From Methanothrix sp. (GTDB lineage: Archaea > Halobacteriota > Methanosarcinia > Methanotrichales > Methanotrichaceae), in the NCBI GenBank assembly GCA_037128175.1, contig JBAXWY010000003.1, positions 1-64,000 on the forward strand: a DNA stretch of 64,000 nt. Reading direction: 5' to 3'. The notes under the pieces were generated by a model. That model worked only from the letters and a program-made list of their open reading frames with translations, was not told the DNA's origin and searched no databases. The position numbers were made by a program, and so were the translations under genes. Positions 41,145 through 50,542 of the stretch are shown piece after piece. How positions within the stretch are numbered: position 1 is the first letter of the stretch; each line of letters opens with the position of its first letter.

Positions 41145-41160
41145 GTTGTAGGCTTTTGGC

Positions 41161-42840
41161 CTACACTGCGGGCATGACCAGGCTTCTCTCGCCTGCTGCA
41201 CGGAACTCGCGGGCTCCACCCTTGCCGAAGCAAGCGCGGACATCTGCCCAATCGAATACCATGCCGGGGTTGGCGAAGGTAACCTTGATCAAGGGGTTGC
41301 ATGCGAAGGCGTCCATGCGGCCGGCGTGTGCGGCGCTGGAGATGCCTGCGTATTCGCCCTGGTGACCTACGTTCATCGCGTAGTTGGGGTAGTTAGCTCC
41401 CCTCAGCTCGAGAGGCGAGCCCTCGTCGGACTGGTAGGAGAACACGTTGGTTGGACCGCATTGATCCTGCAGGTCGTAGCCGAAGAAGCCCAAGCGTCCC
41501 CAGCCTTCCTTGTGCAGGAGCATAGACAGGTACCAGCCGGCAAGGCCTACCTGGCTGTGGCCAGAGGCGATGGCTGAGGTGATACCGGATGCGGCTGCCA
41601 GAACGGATGCTCTCTGGGATCCACCGAAGTGATCCTCGAGGATGGTCGGGAACAACTCGTACTGCTCCATGCCGTAGGCGTTGACCTCAGTGGCCAGCTC
41701 CTTGGCAAGATCCAGGGTCTTGGGTGCCTTGGCGAATCCTCCGAACTTATCGGCGGCAAAGTCGACGCCGTAGTAGCAGAAGTCGTCCAGGATATCGTTG
41801 GTGTAGGCTGCAGTGGCGTACTGGGTGAATCCCACACCGCCGGACATGTAGCTTCCCAGCCAAATCTGGTCATAGAGCGCAGCGCCTGCGGCGACTACGT
41901 TCAGGGAGACCTTCACTGGGTCGGCTGCTGCCACACGAGAGGTCTGGACCATATCGGCCAGGAATCCGAAGGACAGTCCGCCGGGGTTGTTGGGTCCGCG
42001 TGCGCGCCTTGCGGGCAGCATCTCGGACATCTGCAGAACGGCAGCGTGCTTGGCAGCGTAGGCCAGATCAGCCACAGCGGCCTCACCGGCGCACATGTTG
42101 TAGGCGTCGATGAAGGTCATACACAGCTGCATGGCGCTCCACCGGGAGGTGGTGCCGCCGTCGCAGGACCTGACGACGATGGTTGGGATGTGGATGGCCT
42201 GCCAGCTAGTCTTGCCGATAGCGGCCTTGAGGGCCTCGGCCTGCTCAGCAGGGAACATCTTGTTGATGTCGATCAGGTACTGGTCATCAATCTCGTCTGC
42301 CAGGGCATCGTCGCCGGTGAAAACGCGAACGTTGCAGTCATCTACAAGGCCGGGGTGAGTCTCCACCATGTGCTCCTGAACCACGGCTGCGCCGGGCATG
42401 GCGTGGTTGAGGATCTCGAGGTAGTTGTTGATGGTCTCGGGTGTGACTTCCTTGCCGAGCCTCTTCTGCAGAACCTCATGGGCCATGTCCAGACCTACTA
42501 CAATGGTCCTTCTGACATCATCCCACATCTGCTGAATGGCTGGGTTGTTGACGAAGTGCAGATCGTCGCCCTCTACAACATACTCGGTTCCGGAGAGCTT
42601 GTAGGGTACGAGCTGCCTCTGTCCCATAGGAATGCCGCCAGCGTGGACCATGGGGTTGTAGCCGGTCATACCGCGCTTGCCCTCGACCTTCCTAGCGTAC
42701 TCTATGAATTCTCTCTTACGGGCGCTCTGCTCGATACCAAGTCTCTTATACTCTACCTTCTGGCCTGCAAGGTCGAAATCCTTTCCGAACTTCTTGTTAA
42801 GAGCCTTTATGAATAGTTTTTTGGTGTGTTTAACTGCCAT
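41161..42840 (-). CDS. mcrA: methyl-coenzyme M reductase subunit alpha
   Basis: [40 protein letters not shown] and NYAMNVGHQ. Confidence 0.99.
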   Translation of the reverse strand: MAVKHTKKLFIKALNKKFGKDFDLAGQKVEYKRLGIEQSARKREFIEYARKVEGKRGMTGYNPMVHAGGIPMGQRQLVPYKLSGTEYVVEGDDLHFVNNPAIQQMWDDVRRTIVVGLDMAHEVLQKRLGKEVTPETINNYLEILNHAMPGAAVVQEHMVETHPGLVDDCNVRVFTGDDALADEIDDQYLIDINKMFPAEQAEALKAAIGKTSWQAIHIPTIVVRSCDGGTTSRWSAMQLCMTFIDAYNMCAGEAAVADLAYAAKHAAVLQMSEMLPARRARGPNNPGGLSFGFLADMVQTSRVAAADPVKVSLNVVAAGAALYDQIWLGSYMSGGVGFTQYATAAYTNDILDDFCYYGVDFAADKFGGFAKAPKTLDLAKELATEVNAYGMEQYELFPTILEDHFGGSQRASVLAAASGITSAIASGHSQVGLAGWYLSMLLHKEGWGRLGFFGYDLQDQCGPTNVFSYQSDEGSPLELRGANYPNYAMNVGHQGEYAGISSAAHAGRMDAFACNPLIKVTFANPGMVFDWADVRACFGKGGAREFRAAGERSLVMPAV

Positions 42841-42855
42841 TTTGTATCACCCCAT

Positions 42856-43623
42856 TTACTCCGGCCTGAATCCCCACTTGCTGCGCAGCTCCCACATATG
42901 GTGCAGAGCTTCGACTGCCTCGTCGTACTTCCTGGCGCCGACTGCTCCGCACATGGGAACGCCGTCCGCCCGGAATATAGTGGTTCTCTTCTTGGCCTCG
43001 GCCTCGGTCATGGGCTTGCCCAGGTTGACCTTCTTATCCAAGGGAATGCCTACCTGATCCTTGACTGCATAGACGTTTCCGTCCTTGCCCATCTCGGTTC
43101 TGGCCAGCATATCGAACTGCATGCCGTTCTCTTCCAGTCTCAAGGAGTGGCCGTGTACAGTGCAGCCTCTCATGGAACAGAGTGCGACATCGGTCATCTC
43201 GCTATCGTACTGAGCCTTGGTGTAAGCCTCGATATCCCTCTCCCTGGCCTCGATGATCTGTCTGCCGGACAGGGTGCCTGGATCGCAGCCCTTACAGTTG
43301 ATGGCTCCCCAATAGGATCTCCAGTATGGAGTGGATGGGGCGAAGTACATAGAGTCAGTCCACTGGGAGTACCTAACACGGTCACCAGCGGCTGCGCCTG
43401 CTGTGGGTGCAACGAGCTGCCTTACTGGGCAGTCGGGCTCGCCCATCTCTTTAAGGGGTGGGTGAGTGCTTGAGTAATCGGCACCGGGAGCCCTGTGGCC
43501 CATGATCGCCGTGACGTCTGCCTCAGGAATATCTCTGAGCTTCTCGAGGTTACCGGACATGTGCTTTCTTCTGTTGATGCCAACAGAGGTGCTTCCGGGA
43601 TAGAATTGTGGTTTGTATGCCAT
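42856..43623 (-). CDS. mcrG: methyl-coenzyme M reductase subunit gamma
   Basis: PQFYPG, HPPL.EM, DPGTLSGRQ and VHGHSLRL. Confidence 0.99.
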   Translation of the reverse strand: MAYKPQFYPGSTSVGINRRKHMSGNLEKLRDIPEADVTAIMGHRAPGADYSSTHPPLKEMGEPDCPVRQLVAPTAGAAAGDRVRYSQWTDSMYFAPSTPYWRSYWGAINCKGCDPGTLSGRQIIEARERDIEAYTKAQYDSEMTDVALCSMRGCTVHGHSLRLEENGMQFDMLARTEMGKDGNVYAVKDQVGIPLDKKVNLGKPMTEAEAKKRTTIFRADGVPMCGAVGARKYDEAVEALHHMWELRSKWGFRPE

Positions 43624-43626
43624 ATT

Positions 43627-44130
43627 TTATCTCTCCTCATCGTCAATAGTCACTTTTTCTTCAGACAATATGGCCAGCCTATCTTTCTTGGCCCTTGGAT
43701 CGATCAGTCCCAGGATGCGTGTGTCCTCCACCTTGCCAAACTTGGCATAATCCGTTATGGTTTGCCGGGTGTGGAAGAACTTGCCACGCCTGATCTGGAA
43801 GGATATGGGCAGCGCTCGCTCACACGCTGCTTTCAGCCCGTCGTAGAATTTTGCACTCTCCAGTTCGAGCCTGATCCTTCCAACTTTGACGCATAGCTCA
43901 AATGCCTGCCCGCCCACCTCGATGAGAAGGTCTCGATTCTCGTCGATAGGGGCACCCCTTCCGGGGCCATAGGGCACGCTTCTAGGGAGGTTGGGGCCAT
44001 GGATCATTATCCTGATGAGGCCACCATTCCCATAGATCTCGTTTAGCAGCTTTTGAGCCGATGCCGGCATAAGAAACCTGCTAGGGACTATTTCTACCTG
44101 TATCGATTCCGTGTCTGATTCTGTGACCAT
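43627..44130 (-). CDS. mcrD: methyl-coenzyme M reductase operon protein D
   Basis: QVEI.P.R.L, HGP.LP..VPYGP.RG and TDYAK; position between mcrB and mcrG. Confidence 0.95.
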   Translation of the reverse strand: MVTESDTESIQVEIVPSRFLMPASAQKLLNEIYGNGGLIRIMIHGPNLPRSVPYGPGRGAPIDENRDLLIEVGGQAFELCVKVGRIRLELESAKFYDGLKAACERALPISFQIRRGKFFHTRQTITDYAKFGKVEDTRILGLIDPRAKKDRLAILSEEKVTIDDEER

Positions 44131-44141
44131 TTCTTCCGCCT

Positions 44142-45446
44142 TTACACAGCCTCCGCAACCGATACGATCGGCTCACGGAATTCCTTGATCTCGCCGTATA
44201 TGGCACCGACCAGTCCAGATGTCATCTCAGGTGTGAACATCTGGGTACCGGCATCAAGTGCTACTGCTGCAGCCACGCAGGGTATGGCAAATCCTCTGGA
44301 GTGCCTGGTTACCACGTGGTTGCCGTTGAATACACCGGGGCCGCCGCCGCCGTAGATGGAGTGGCTGAAGAATGAGAATCCGACAGCAGTTCCCATTACC
44401 CTGCCGAAGTCGCATCCGGGCAGAGCGGTTTCTTTCTCAATGATATCGTTGAAGTACAGCAGTGTCGAGGACACAGCCTGGGCGCCTCTTAAGGAGCCGC
44501 AGTTGACCATGGTGGCAGCCAGTACGCCAGCAGCGCAGTAAGCGTTCCACTTGGATACATCATTGGCCTCGTACAGTACATAGCCGGAGGGCAGCTTCTT
44601 GCCTGCCTTGATGACCTTGTCTTCAAGGGCTGCAGCGACTGTGCTCTGAACTACTGTGCCGATGGTTCCGGTCTTGCCGTTAGCCTTAACGCAATTGTAG
44701 ACCATGTTGTTGGCGTTCAGACCCTGGTATGCCATGCCCAGGAGCTGGTGGCGCTCGAATATGCCCATAGCATTGCCCATCTCCATCTCGCCGATCTGCT
44801 CGTAAATAGATGCGAGAGCTGCGGAGTTCATGGCGTTCCTCTTGGTGATGACGGCAAGATGGTTGGCCATGACGTTCCTGAGGGCAAAGCCCAGACCTTC
44901 ATCGTTCTGGGGGATGTTGAGAACAGATGCGACGTTTCCGCCGGACATGCCTACTGTCTGCGGGTACTCGCCCCAGACAGCGGCGTGAATCATGGGGGCC
45001 TCAACCATACCGGCCTTGAACGTCTGGATAAGTGTTTCAGTTGTTGCTGCGGCTGCTGCGGTCAATCCGACCACGAACTCAGAGGCGGCGTTGAGCCTCA
45101 TTGTTGGGATCTGAACCATCAGCTGCTTGCCGCCGCCGAGCACCTGAACATTGGTGTCGTCGCCGGGGGTAACCTGCAACAGTGACTTGATCTTATCAGC
45201 AAGAACGCCAGCGTTGGCAATAACATCGTAGTTAAGCTCGCGTCCCTTGATTTGCCTGCGGCCTCCTGCGACCTTTCCGGTCTTAAGAGCGCCTTCGATG
45301 CCGGCCAGGTTGACGGCTACGGTTCGCTTTGTAAGAGAAATGAGTCTCTGCATGGCCGCGTTCTTGAGAGGGCTGACGGCACTCAGCTCAACGTCGCTCT
45401 TCAAAAGAACTCCGCGGTCGCTATATAGGTCTATCTTGTCAGACAC
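44142..45446 (-). CDS. mcrB: methyl-coenzyme M reductase subunit beta
   Basis: DKIDLY.D.G, WG.YPQ, FSFFSHSIYGGGGPG and HVVTRHS; GTG start with GGAGG SD. Confidence 0.99.
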   Translation of the reverse strand: MSDKIDLYSDRGVLLKSDVELSAVSPLKNAAMQRLISLTKRTVAVNLAGIEGALKTGKVAGGRRQIKGRELNYDVIANAGVLADKIKSLLQVTPGDDTNVQVLGGGKQLMVQIPTMRLNAASEFVVGLTAAAAATTETLIQTFKAGMVEAPMIHAAVWGEYPQTVGMSGGNVASVLNIPQNDEGLGFALRNVMANHLAVITKRNAMNSAALASIYEQIGEMEMGNAMGIFERHQLLGMAYQGLNANNMVYNCVKANGKTGTIGTVVQSTVAAALEDKVIKAGKKLPSGYVLYEANDVSKWNAYCAAGVLAATMVNCGSLRGAQAVSSTLLYFNDIIEKETALPGCDFGRVMGTAVGFSFFSHSIYGGGGPGVFNGNHVVTRHSRGFAIPCVAAAVALDAGTQMFTPEMTSGLVGAIYGEIKEFREPIVSVAEAV

Positions 45447-45595
45447 GTTCTTTATCCTCCTTTACCTTTTTAGCAGCAAAAACTGCAACGACGGCAATGC
45501 CGAAGCGATGATATGAGTGCCTAAGCTAAAAGGTATCATATCCGGCACCATCTCAATCCGTTACAATCTCTCGCCGCGTTCTGTAATGCTTAATA

Positions 45596-45612
45596 GCTAC
45601 TTAAAGTTTTTG
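45596..45612 (-). promoter_or_regulatory. putative BRE/TATA promoter of mcrBDGA
   Basis: AAAAACTTTAAGTAG on the minus strand, about 150 nt upstream of mcrB. Confidence 0.55.
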
Positions 45613-45706
45613 CGTGGCGCATCCAAAACTACCCCCTTTTTAGGGATCTGTAAGCCATTTAAGCATAAAATAAAAGCATTTTTCTGATATAATTTATATT
45701 ATAGAA

Positions 45707-45722
45707 CACAATTATAATTGTG
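45707..45722. promoter_or_regulatory. perfect 16-bp palindrome in the mcrB-topA divergent region
   Basis: CACAATTATAATTGTG is self-complementary. Confidence 0.45.
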
Positions 45723-45920
45723 CAATTCCATTCATTAAGACCCCTATCAATCCCTTTGCTTTACTGACATAGGTCAGGCTTAATTCCAACCATCGCGATA
45801 ATAGGTTTCGGCCTTTAAAAGAAAGAGATATTATTTCACCGAATTAATCGTATTTAATATCCTTGAGATAAGATTTTTTATGGAAAAACTTAAATCAACT
45901 GCCATATTTGGCTCTCTGGA

Positions 45921-48200
45921 ATGCATCTCATAATAGCAGAGAAGCACGATGCCGCCAAGAGGATTGCAGAGATCCTGGCCGGCAGCAAGCCCAGCTCCCA
46001 GCGAGTGGCAGGCGTAGATACCTATTGCTTTGACGACAAGGTGGTCATGGGCCTTTCCGGCCACATCGTGGGTGTAGACTATCCACCCGGATACAACAAC
46101 TGGCAAAAGGTGGACTGCAAAGAACTGATCAGAGCTGAGATAGTGGTTCGTCCCATCCAGGAGAAGATCATCGCAGCATTGCGTTCCTTGGGAAAGCGGG
46201 CCGATCTCATCACCATTGCCACGGATTACGATCGCGAAGGAGAGCTGATCGGAGTTGAGGCATTAAAGATCGTTAAAGAGGTAAATCCCAGCCTGCGTGC
46301 CGATCGCGTCCGGTACAGCGCTATCGTCAAAGAGGAGATACTAAAGGCCTTTAAAGACTCAGGAAAGGTGGACTTTGACCTGGCAGCCTCAGGCGAGGCC
46401 AGGCAGATCATAGATTTAGTCTGGGGCGCGGCCTTGACCAGATATATTTCCCTGACCTCCGGACGACTTGGCAAGGAGTTTCTCTCCGTAGGCCGGGTAC
46501 AATCTCCCACCCTGGCCCTCATTGTCGATAGAGAACGAGAGATCCAGTCATTCGTGCCCAAGGCTTACTGGGAGATCTTTGCCGATCTGGAGAAAGAGCT
46601 TCGCGTACAGCATGCCGAGGGTCGCATCTGGGAGAAGGCCGAGGTTGACAAGATAATATCTCGCCTCGGCCCTGTGGGCATAATCAAGTCCATCGAGACA
46701 AAACCGCGCATTGACAAGCCACCGGCTCCCTTTGACACCACGAGTTTCATCTCCGCCGCCAGCGGTATAGGCTTTTCCGCTGCCAATGCCATGCGTCTGG
46801 CCGAATGGCTCTACATCAATGGCTTCATCTCCTATCCCAGAACAGACAATACCGTTTATCCGCCATCTATTGACCTGGTAGCTCTAACCCGGCTCTTCCT
46901 GAAAGGCGCATTTTCCGGCGAAGCAGAAAAACTGCTCAAAGGAAAGATGCAACCCACGCGCGGCAAGAGGTCCACAACCGACCATCCGCCTATCTATCCT
47001 ACCGTCCCCGTAGCCATGAGCGATCTGAAGGACGATCAATGGCGCATTTATGAGCTGGTGGTGCGCCGCTTCTTCGCCACCTTGGCCGAAGAGTGCGTCT
47101 GGGATGCCACCAGCCTCAAGGTAGACATTGGTCCTGAGCCCTTCCGGGCCAATGGAGCGCGCCTCGTGGAAACGGGATGGAGATACTATTATCCTTACAG
47201 CAAAGCGGAGGAGCATATCTTGCCGGAGCTGAAAGAAGGAGAGCGCCTGGCGGTCTTGGGTCACAGCGTGGATGCTAAAGAGACCCAGCCCCCGGCTCGC
47301 TTCGGTCAAGGCAAGCTCATCAAGATCATGGATGATCTGGGGCTGGGAACCAAGTCCACAAGGCACGATATCATCAGCAAACTCTATGCGCGCGCTTACG
47401 TGCAGGGCAATCCCATGCGGCCCACCAATACCGCTTATGCCGTGGTGGATACGTTGCAAAAGTATGCGCCCACCATCACCAAGCCGGAGATGACCCAGAC
47501 TTTAGAGAACGATATGACCCTTATCTCAGAACGAAATATCAAGGAGGACGAGGTCATCGAGAAGTCGCGGGTCATGCTCACATCAGTCTTTGATGAGCTG
47601 ACATCTAACCAGGAAGGAATCGGCCAGTCGCTCAAGGATGGGCTACGCACCGACAAGATCGTGGGCACCTGTGAAAAGTGCAAATCAGATCTCATAATTC
47701 GGCGCGGCCACAAGGGCACCCGTTTCATCGGCTGCTCCGGCTATCCGGAATGCCGGTTTACATTGCCACTTCCCAGGTTTGGAACGCTGATTGTAACCGA
47801 CAAGATTTGTGATGTGCACGGCATGTTCCATACCCGGATTATCAACAAGGGCAAGAGGCCCTGGGATCTGGGATGTCCGCACTGCAACTTCCTGGAGTGG
47901 CAGGCCAAGAAAGCTCAGGAAAAGGCAGATCCAGCCAAGATAAAAGAGGATGCGAAGCCAAAGGCTAAGAAAGCGGCGGATGCTGCAAAGAAAAAGGCAA
48001 AGCCCCTTGCTCGGGCAAAGGGCGACGGCCTGGTGGCTCTGTCGGGAATCGGCCCCAAGACCCTGGAGAAGCTGGCCCTGGCCGGAATTAATACGGCCGC
48101 GGATCTGGCAGGGGCAAAGGCCGGCAGCCTGGCGAAGATGACAGGCATCAGCGCCAAGAAGATCGTGGCCTGGCAGAAAGCTGCCGGCGCCATGAGCTAA
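45921..48200 (+). CDS. topA: DNA topoisomerase I (type IA)
   Basis: IIAEK, ATDYDREGE, SVGRVQSPTL, ISYPRTD and GLGT.STR; zinc ribbons and C-terminal HhH tail. Confidence 0.97.
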   Translation: MHLIIAEKHDAAKRIAEILAGSKPSSQRVAGVDTYCFDDKVVMGLSGHIVGVDYPPGYNNWQKVDCKELIRAEIVVRPIQEKIIAALRSLGKRADLITIATDYDREGELIGVEALKIVKEVNPSLRADRVRYSAIVKEEILKAFKDSGKVDFDLAASGEARQIIDLVWGAALTRYISLTSGRLGKEFLSVGRVQSPTLALIVDREREIQSFVPKAYWEIFADLEKELRVQHAEGRIWEKAEVDKIISRLGPVGIIKSIETKPRIDKPPAPFDTTSFISAASGIGFSAANAMRLAEWLYINGFISYPRTDNTVYPPSIDLVALTRLFLKGAFSGEAEKLLKGKMQPTRGKRSTTDHPPIYPTVPVAMSDLKDDQWRIYELVVRRFFATLAEECVWDATSLKVDIGPEPFRANGARLVETGWRYYYPYSKAEEHILPELKEGERLAVLGHSVDAKETQPPARFGQGKLIKIMDDLGLGTKSTRHDIISKLYARAYVQGNPMRPTNTAYAVVDTLQKYAPTITKPEMTQTLENDMTLISERNIKEDEVIEKSRVMLTSVFDELTSNQEGIGQSLKDGLRTDKIVGTCEKCKSDLIIRRGHKGTRFIGCSGYPECRFTLPLPRFGTLIVTDKICDVHGMFHTRIINKGKRPWDLGCPHCNFLEWQAKKAQEKADPAKIKEDAKPKAKKAADAAKKKAKPLARAKGDGLVALSGIGPKTLEKLALAGINTAADLAGAKAGSLAKMTGISAKKIVAWQKAAGAMS

Positions 48201-48264
48201 ATCCTTTCTCCAGAAAAAATTAAGGGGAAACATCTATCTACTTACAATCGTTACAATATTACTC

Positions 48265-48450
48265 ATGCTTGCTGTTAAACGCATTCCTGTGACTGAGGCT
48301 GTGTGGATTGAGCTATCTGACCTCAAGACGGCAGGACAGACCTATTCCCAGCTCCTGGAAGAGATGATCGAAGATAGGAAAAAGGCTCGTTTTTTCCGAG
48401 ATATGGAACGAATTGAGGAAGAAGGCGAATTTGTGGAGTTCCCGTGGTAA
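48265..48450 (+). CDS. putative antitoxin
   Basis: KRIPVTE.VW.EL..LK..GQTY..LL; acidic C-terminus; overlaps the RelE-like gene. Confidence 0.75.
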   Translation: MLAVKRIPVTEAVWIELSDLKTAGQTYSQLLEEMIEDRKKARFFRDMERIEEEGEFVEFPW

Positions 48451-48734
48451 CCTACCATCTGGTCATCGGGAAGAAAGCTTTGGAGTTCATCAGCGCATTG
48501 CCCTCAAAAAGCAAGAAGATAGTGATCGAAAAATGCAAGACACTTGCAGACGATCCATTCCCTGGCCAGGGTGACAAAGAACTAATTCACAGAAAAGGCC
48601 ATAAAGACATTTATCACCTACATATCTCAAGATCCTACACCGCTTTTTACAAGATAAATAAAGACGAGAAGATGGTTAAGATCCTGGAGATCACGACTAT
48701 TGAGCAGGCGCATAAGATCTACGGTCGATTCTGA
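48444..48734 (+). CDS. RelE/ParE-family toxin
   Basis: Basic 96-aa protein; L..DPFPG..DKE, YHLHI.RSYTAFY.I and V.IL.I..IE.AH..Y. Confidence 0.8.
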   Translation: MVTYHLVIGKKALEFISALPSKSKKIVIEKCKTLADDPFPGQGDKELIHRKGHKDIYHLHISRSYTAFYKINKDEKMVKILEITTIEQAHKIYGRF

Positions 48735-48739
48735 GAAAA

Positions 48740-48870
48740 TTTGTGAACGGCTGATCGTTCTTCGCGCCAATCAAGGCTTCGCGTGAGATTCGACAGAGTC
48801 CGGTTTCACGCGAAGGCGCGAAGCCGCGAAGAAGCCATGATCGCAGACCTCAAGCGCTCTCTTGTGAGGA
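48740..48870. repeat. CTTCGCG-periodic palindromic element, copy 3
   Basis: First 92 nt match the reverse complement of 11951-12042; tail AAGCCATGATCGCAGACCTCAAG matches copies 1 and 4. Confidence 0.9.
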
Positions 48871-49186
48871 GGTTATTTCGATGTTCCGCTGCAATTGCAT
48901 CTTCTGTTCAAACCGAATGGCTAGAACCTTGATCCGTCCGGACGGCGGCGCGAGCGCGCAGGCCTTCGCGGGGCAGAGGAATGGCGAATATGCCCGGCAC
49001 AGAGGCAAAGGCCGAAAGGTAGCGATGAAAGCGCCCAGCGGGTTTTGCGGCTTCTTGTCCCGGTGTCAGGGCTAAACCGCGATACACAGGCTATTTTAGT
49101 TCTTTGAGTACGTATAACCTGATGTATGAACAAAGTGCATGTAAATTGCAGGCCGAAAGTTCCTTAAATTAGTTTTAACTAATATA

Positions 49187-49537
49187 ATGAGCATGGGCGC
49201 AGATGTTGGCGTTGTGAGCAGTGTAGGTAAAGTAGTTGGTGCCAAGCTTACCCGAAATGAGATTGGCCAGATCAATAAGCTCGTAGAGGCTGGTCTCTAC
49301 CTAAATCCCTCTGACTTCATCCGTGATGCTGTTAGGGAAAAGCTGACTGCAATAAAGGTCATTGAATACCGTGATGTAGACTATGATAGCGCCAAAAAAG
49401 AAGTTGCTGGGTATTTCCAAATGAAAGGTGAAGCATACGCCTCCGATGCCAGCACCGACCTGCAGCTAGATTACGAGCTAGTATGCCGGATCATGGATGA
49501 CCTGGAGACGGAAGGTAAAATGGAGGTTACTGAATGA
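49187..49537 (+). CDS. ribbon-helix-helix (CopG-like) regulator/antitoxin with C-terminal wHTH-like domain
   Basis: I.KLVEAG.Y.N.SDFIRDAVREKL is an RHH motif. Confidence 0.75.
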   Translation: MSMGADVGVVSSVGKVVGAKLTRNEIGQINKLVEAGLYLNPSDFIRDAVREKLTAIKVIEYRDVDYDSAKKEVAGYFQMKGEAYASDASTDLQLDYELVCRIMDDLETEGKMEVTE

Positions 49538-49716
49538 AAGGCTATGAGGTTGGCGACTCGATCCACGGTCACAGAATCATAGCCGAGGCCAGAAAAGTAA
49601 GAGATCCGGTGGTAATAGTCAAGAGTGGCAGGCACAAAGCACAAAGGCTGGTCTTAACAGAAAATGCCTTTGCAATAATTGACAGAAAGGGCCGATGGTG
49701 CGGCCAATGCCCCTGA
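49534..49716 (+). CDS. small basic hypothetical protein coupled to the RHH gene
   Basis: ATGA overlap with the upstream stop. Confidence 0.55.
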   Translation: MKGYEVGDSIHGHRIIAEARKVRDPVVIVKSGRHKAQRLVLTENAFAIIDRKGRWCGQCP

Positions 49717-49723
49717 TTAGCCT

Positions 49724-49860
49724 ATGACCAGAATAGATCCCAACAATTCCGAGTTCTGGCACCACAAGGGCATTGTTCTCAAAGTTCTTGGACGGACCAC
49801 CGAAGCGGATGCCTGGCCTTTGCCAAAGCAGAAGAAGAGCTACGAGGGCATAGCGAATAG
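49724..49860 (+). pseudogene. C-terminal fragment of a TPR protein (frameshifted)
   Basis: IDPNNSEFWHHKGIVLKVLGRTTEADA, then AFAKAE in a shifted frame. Confidence 0.6.
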
Positions 49861-49946
49861 GGTTCAGCCTTTCCCACATTTTTCGGAAGGCGAGTTTAAG
49901 CCATCAGGTACAGGTAGTGGACTAATTGTGGGTTGGAATTTGTTTA

Positions 49947-50201
49947 TGCCAAAATTGTTCTTCTCTCATCGAGACTTCGCGGCTTCGCGCCTTCGCGTGA
50001 TAACCGGGACTTCGTCGCTCAAAGCAACAGAAGAAGGAGACTGAAGGGCTGCTGTGAGATTCTTGGGGTAACGGCCTCACGCGAAGGTCATCGAAGGCGC
50101 GAAGAAGCCATGATCGCCGACTTCAGCACGATCCTCTGCGATGAAGAAAGAATTGCCCTTTACTCTGTGCGTCCTCTGTGAACTCTGTGAGCTCTGTGGT
50201 T
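49947..50201. repeat. CTTCGCG-periodic element copy 4 plus a CTCTGTG-periodic variant (50163-50201)
   Basis: CTTCGCGGCTTCGCGCCTTCGCGTGA...TCACGCGAAG...GAAGAAGCCATGATCG, followed by four CTCTGTG units. Confidence 0.85.
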
Positions 50202-50310
50202 GAAACGTCGTTAGCCACTGGTTATCGCCAAAAGGGCTGTGGCCTTACCACAACAGAGACAAACGATTTGCCAAGGATCTGTCAGGCCAAAAACCATGAT
50301 TATGCAGGCA

Positions 50311-50385
50311 TGGGCCTGGCCGGATTTGAACCGGCGACCACTCGGTTATGAGCCGAGCGCTCTAACCGGACTGAGCTACAGGCCC
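50311..50385 (-). tRNA. tRNA with CAT anticodon, probably tRNA-Ile2(CAT)
   Basis: GGGCCTG/CAGGCCC acceptor stem; CTCGG-CTCATAA-CCGAG arm resembles archaeal agmatidine tRNA-Ile2. Confidence 0.9.
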
Positions 50386-50395
50386 AAAAGAAATG

Positions 50396-50485
50396 CGCCG
50401 CCAACAGGGCTCGAACCTGTGACATTCTGGTTACTGCTCCTAAGCAATTAACAGCCAGACACTCTACCAACTGAGTTATGGCGGC
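50396..50485 (-). tRNA. tRNA-Asn(GTT) with 17-nt intron at 37/38 (50432-50448)
   Basis: GCCGCCA/TGGCGGC acceptor stem, G73, TCTGG-CTGTTA[ATTGCTTAGGAGCAGTA]A-CCAGA. Confidence 0.92.
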
Positions 50486-50542
50486 TCGACACCCTCCCTC
50501 GATGCACAATGATTTAAGCCTTTTGATTAGAAGGTAGATTTC

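Noticed and set aside
41629-42816. 395-aa ORF antisense to mcrA
   Set aside because: Explained by the strong codon bias of mcrA; no independent coding evidence.
41161-45446. Absence of mcrC from the mcr operon
   Set aside because: mcrBDGA is the known arrangement in Methanothrix, so it is not novel.
48200-50385. Integrated virus or plasmid at tRNA-Ile2
   Set aside because: No integrase and no duplicated tRNA 3' end (att site) found.
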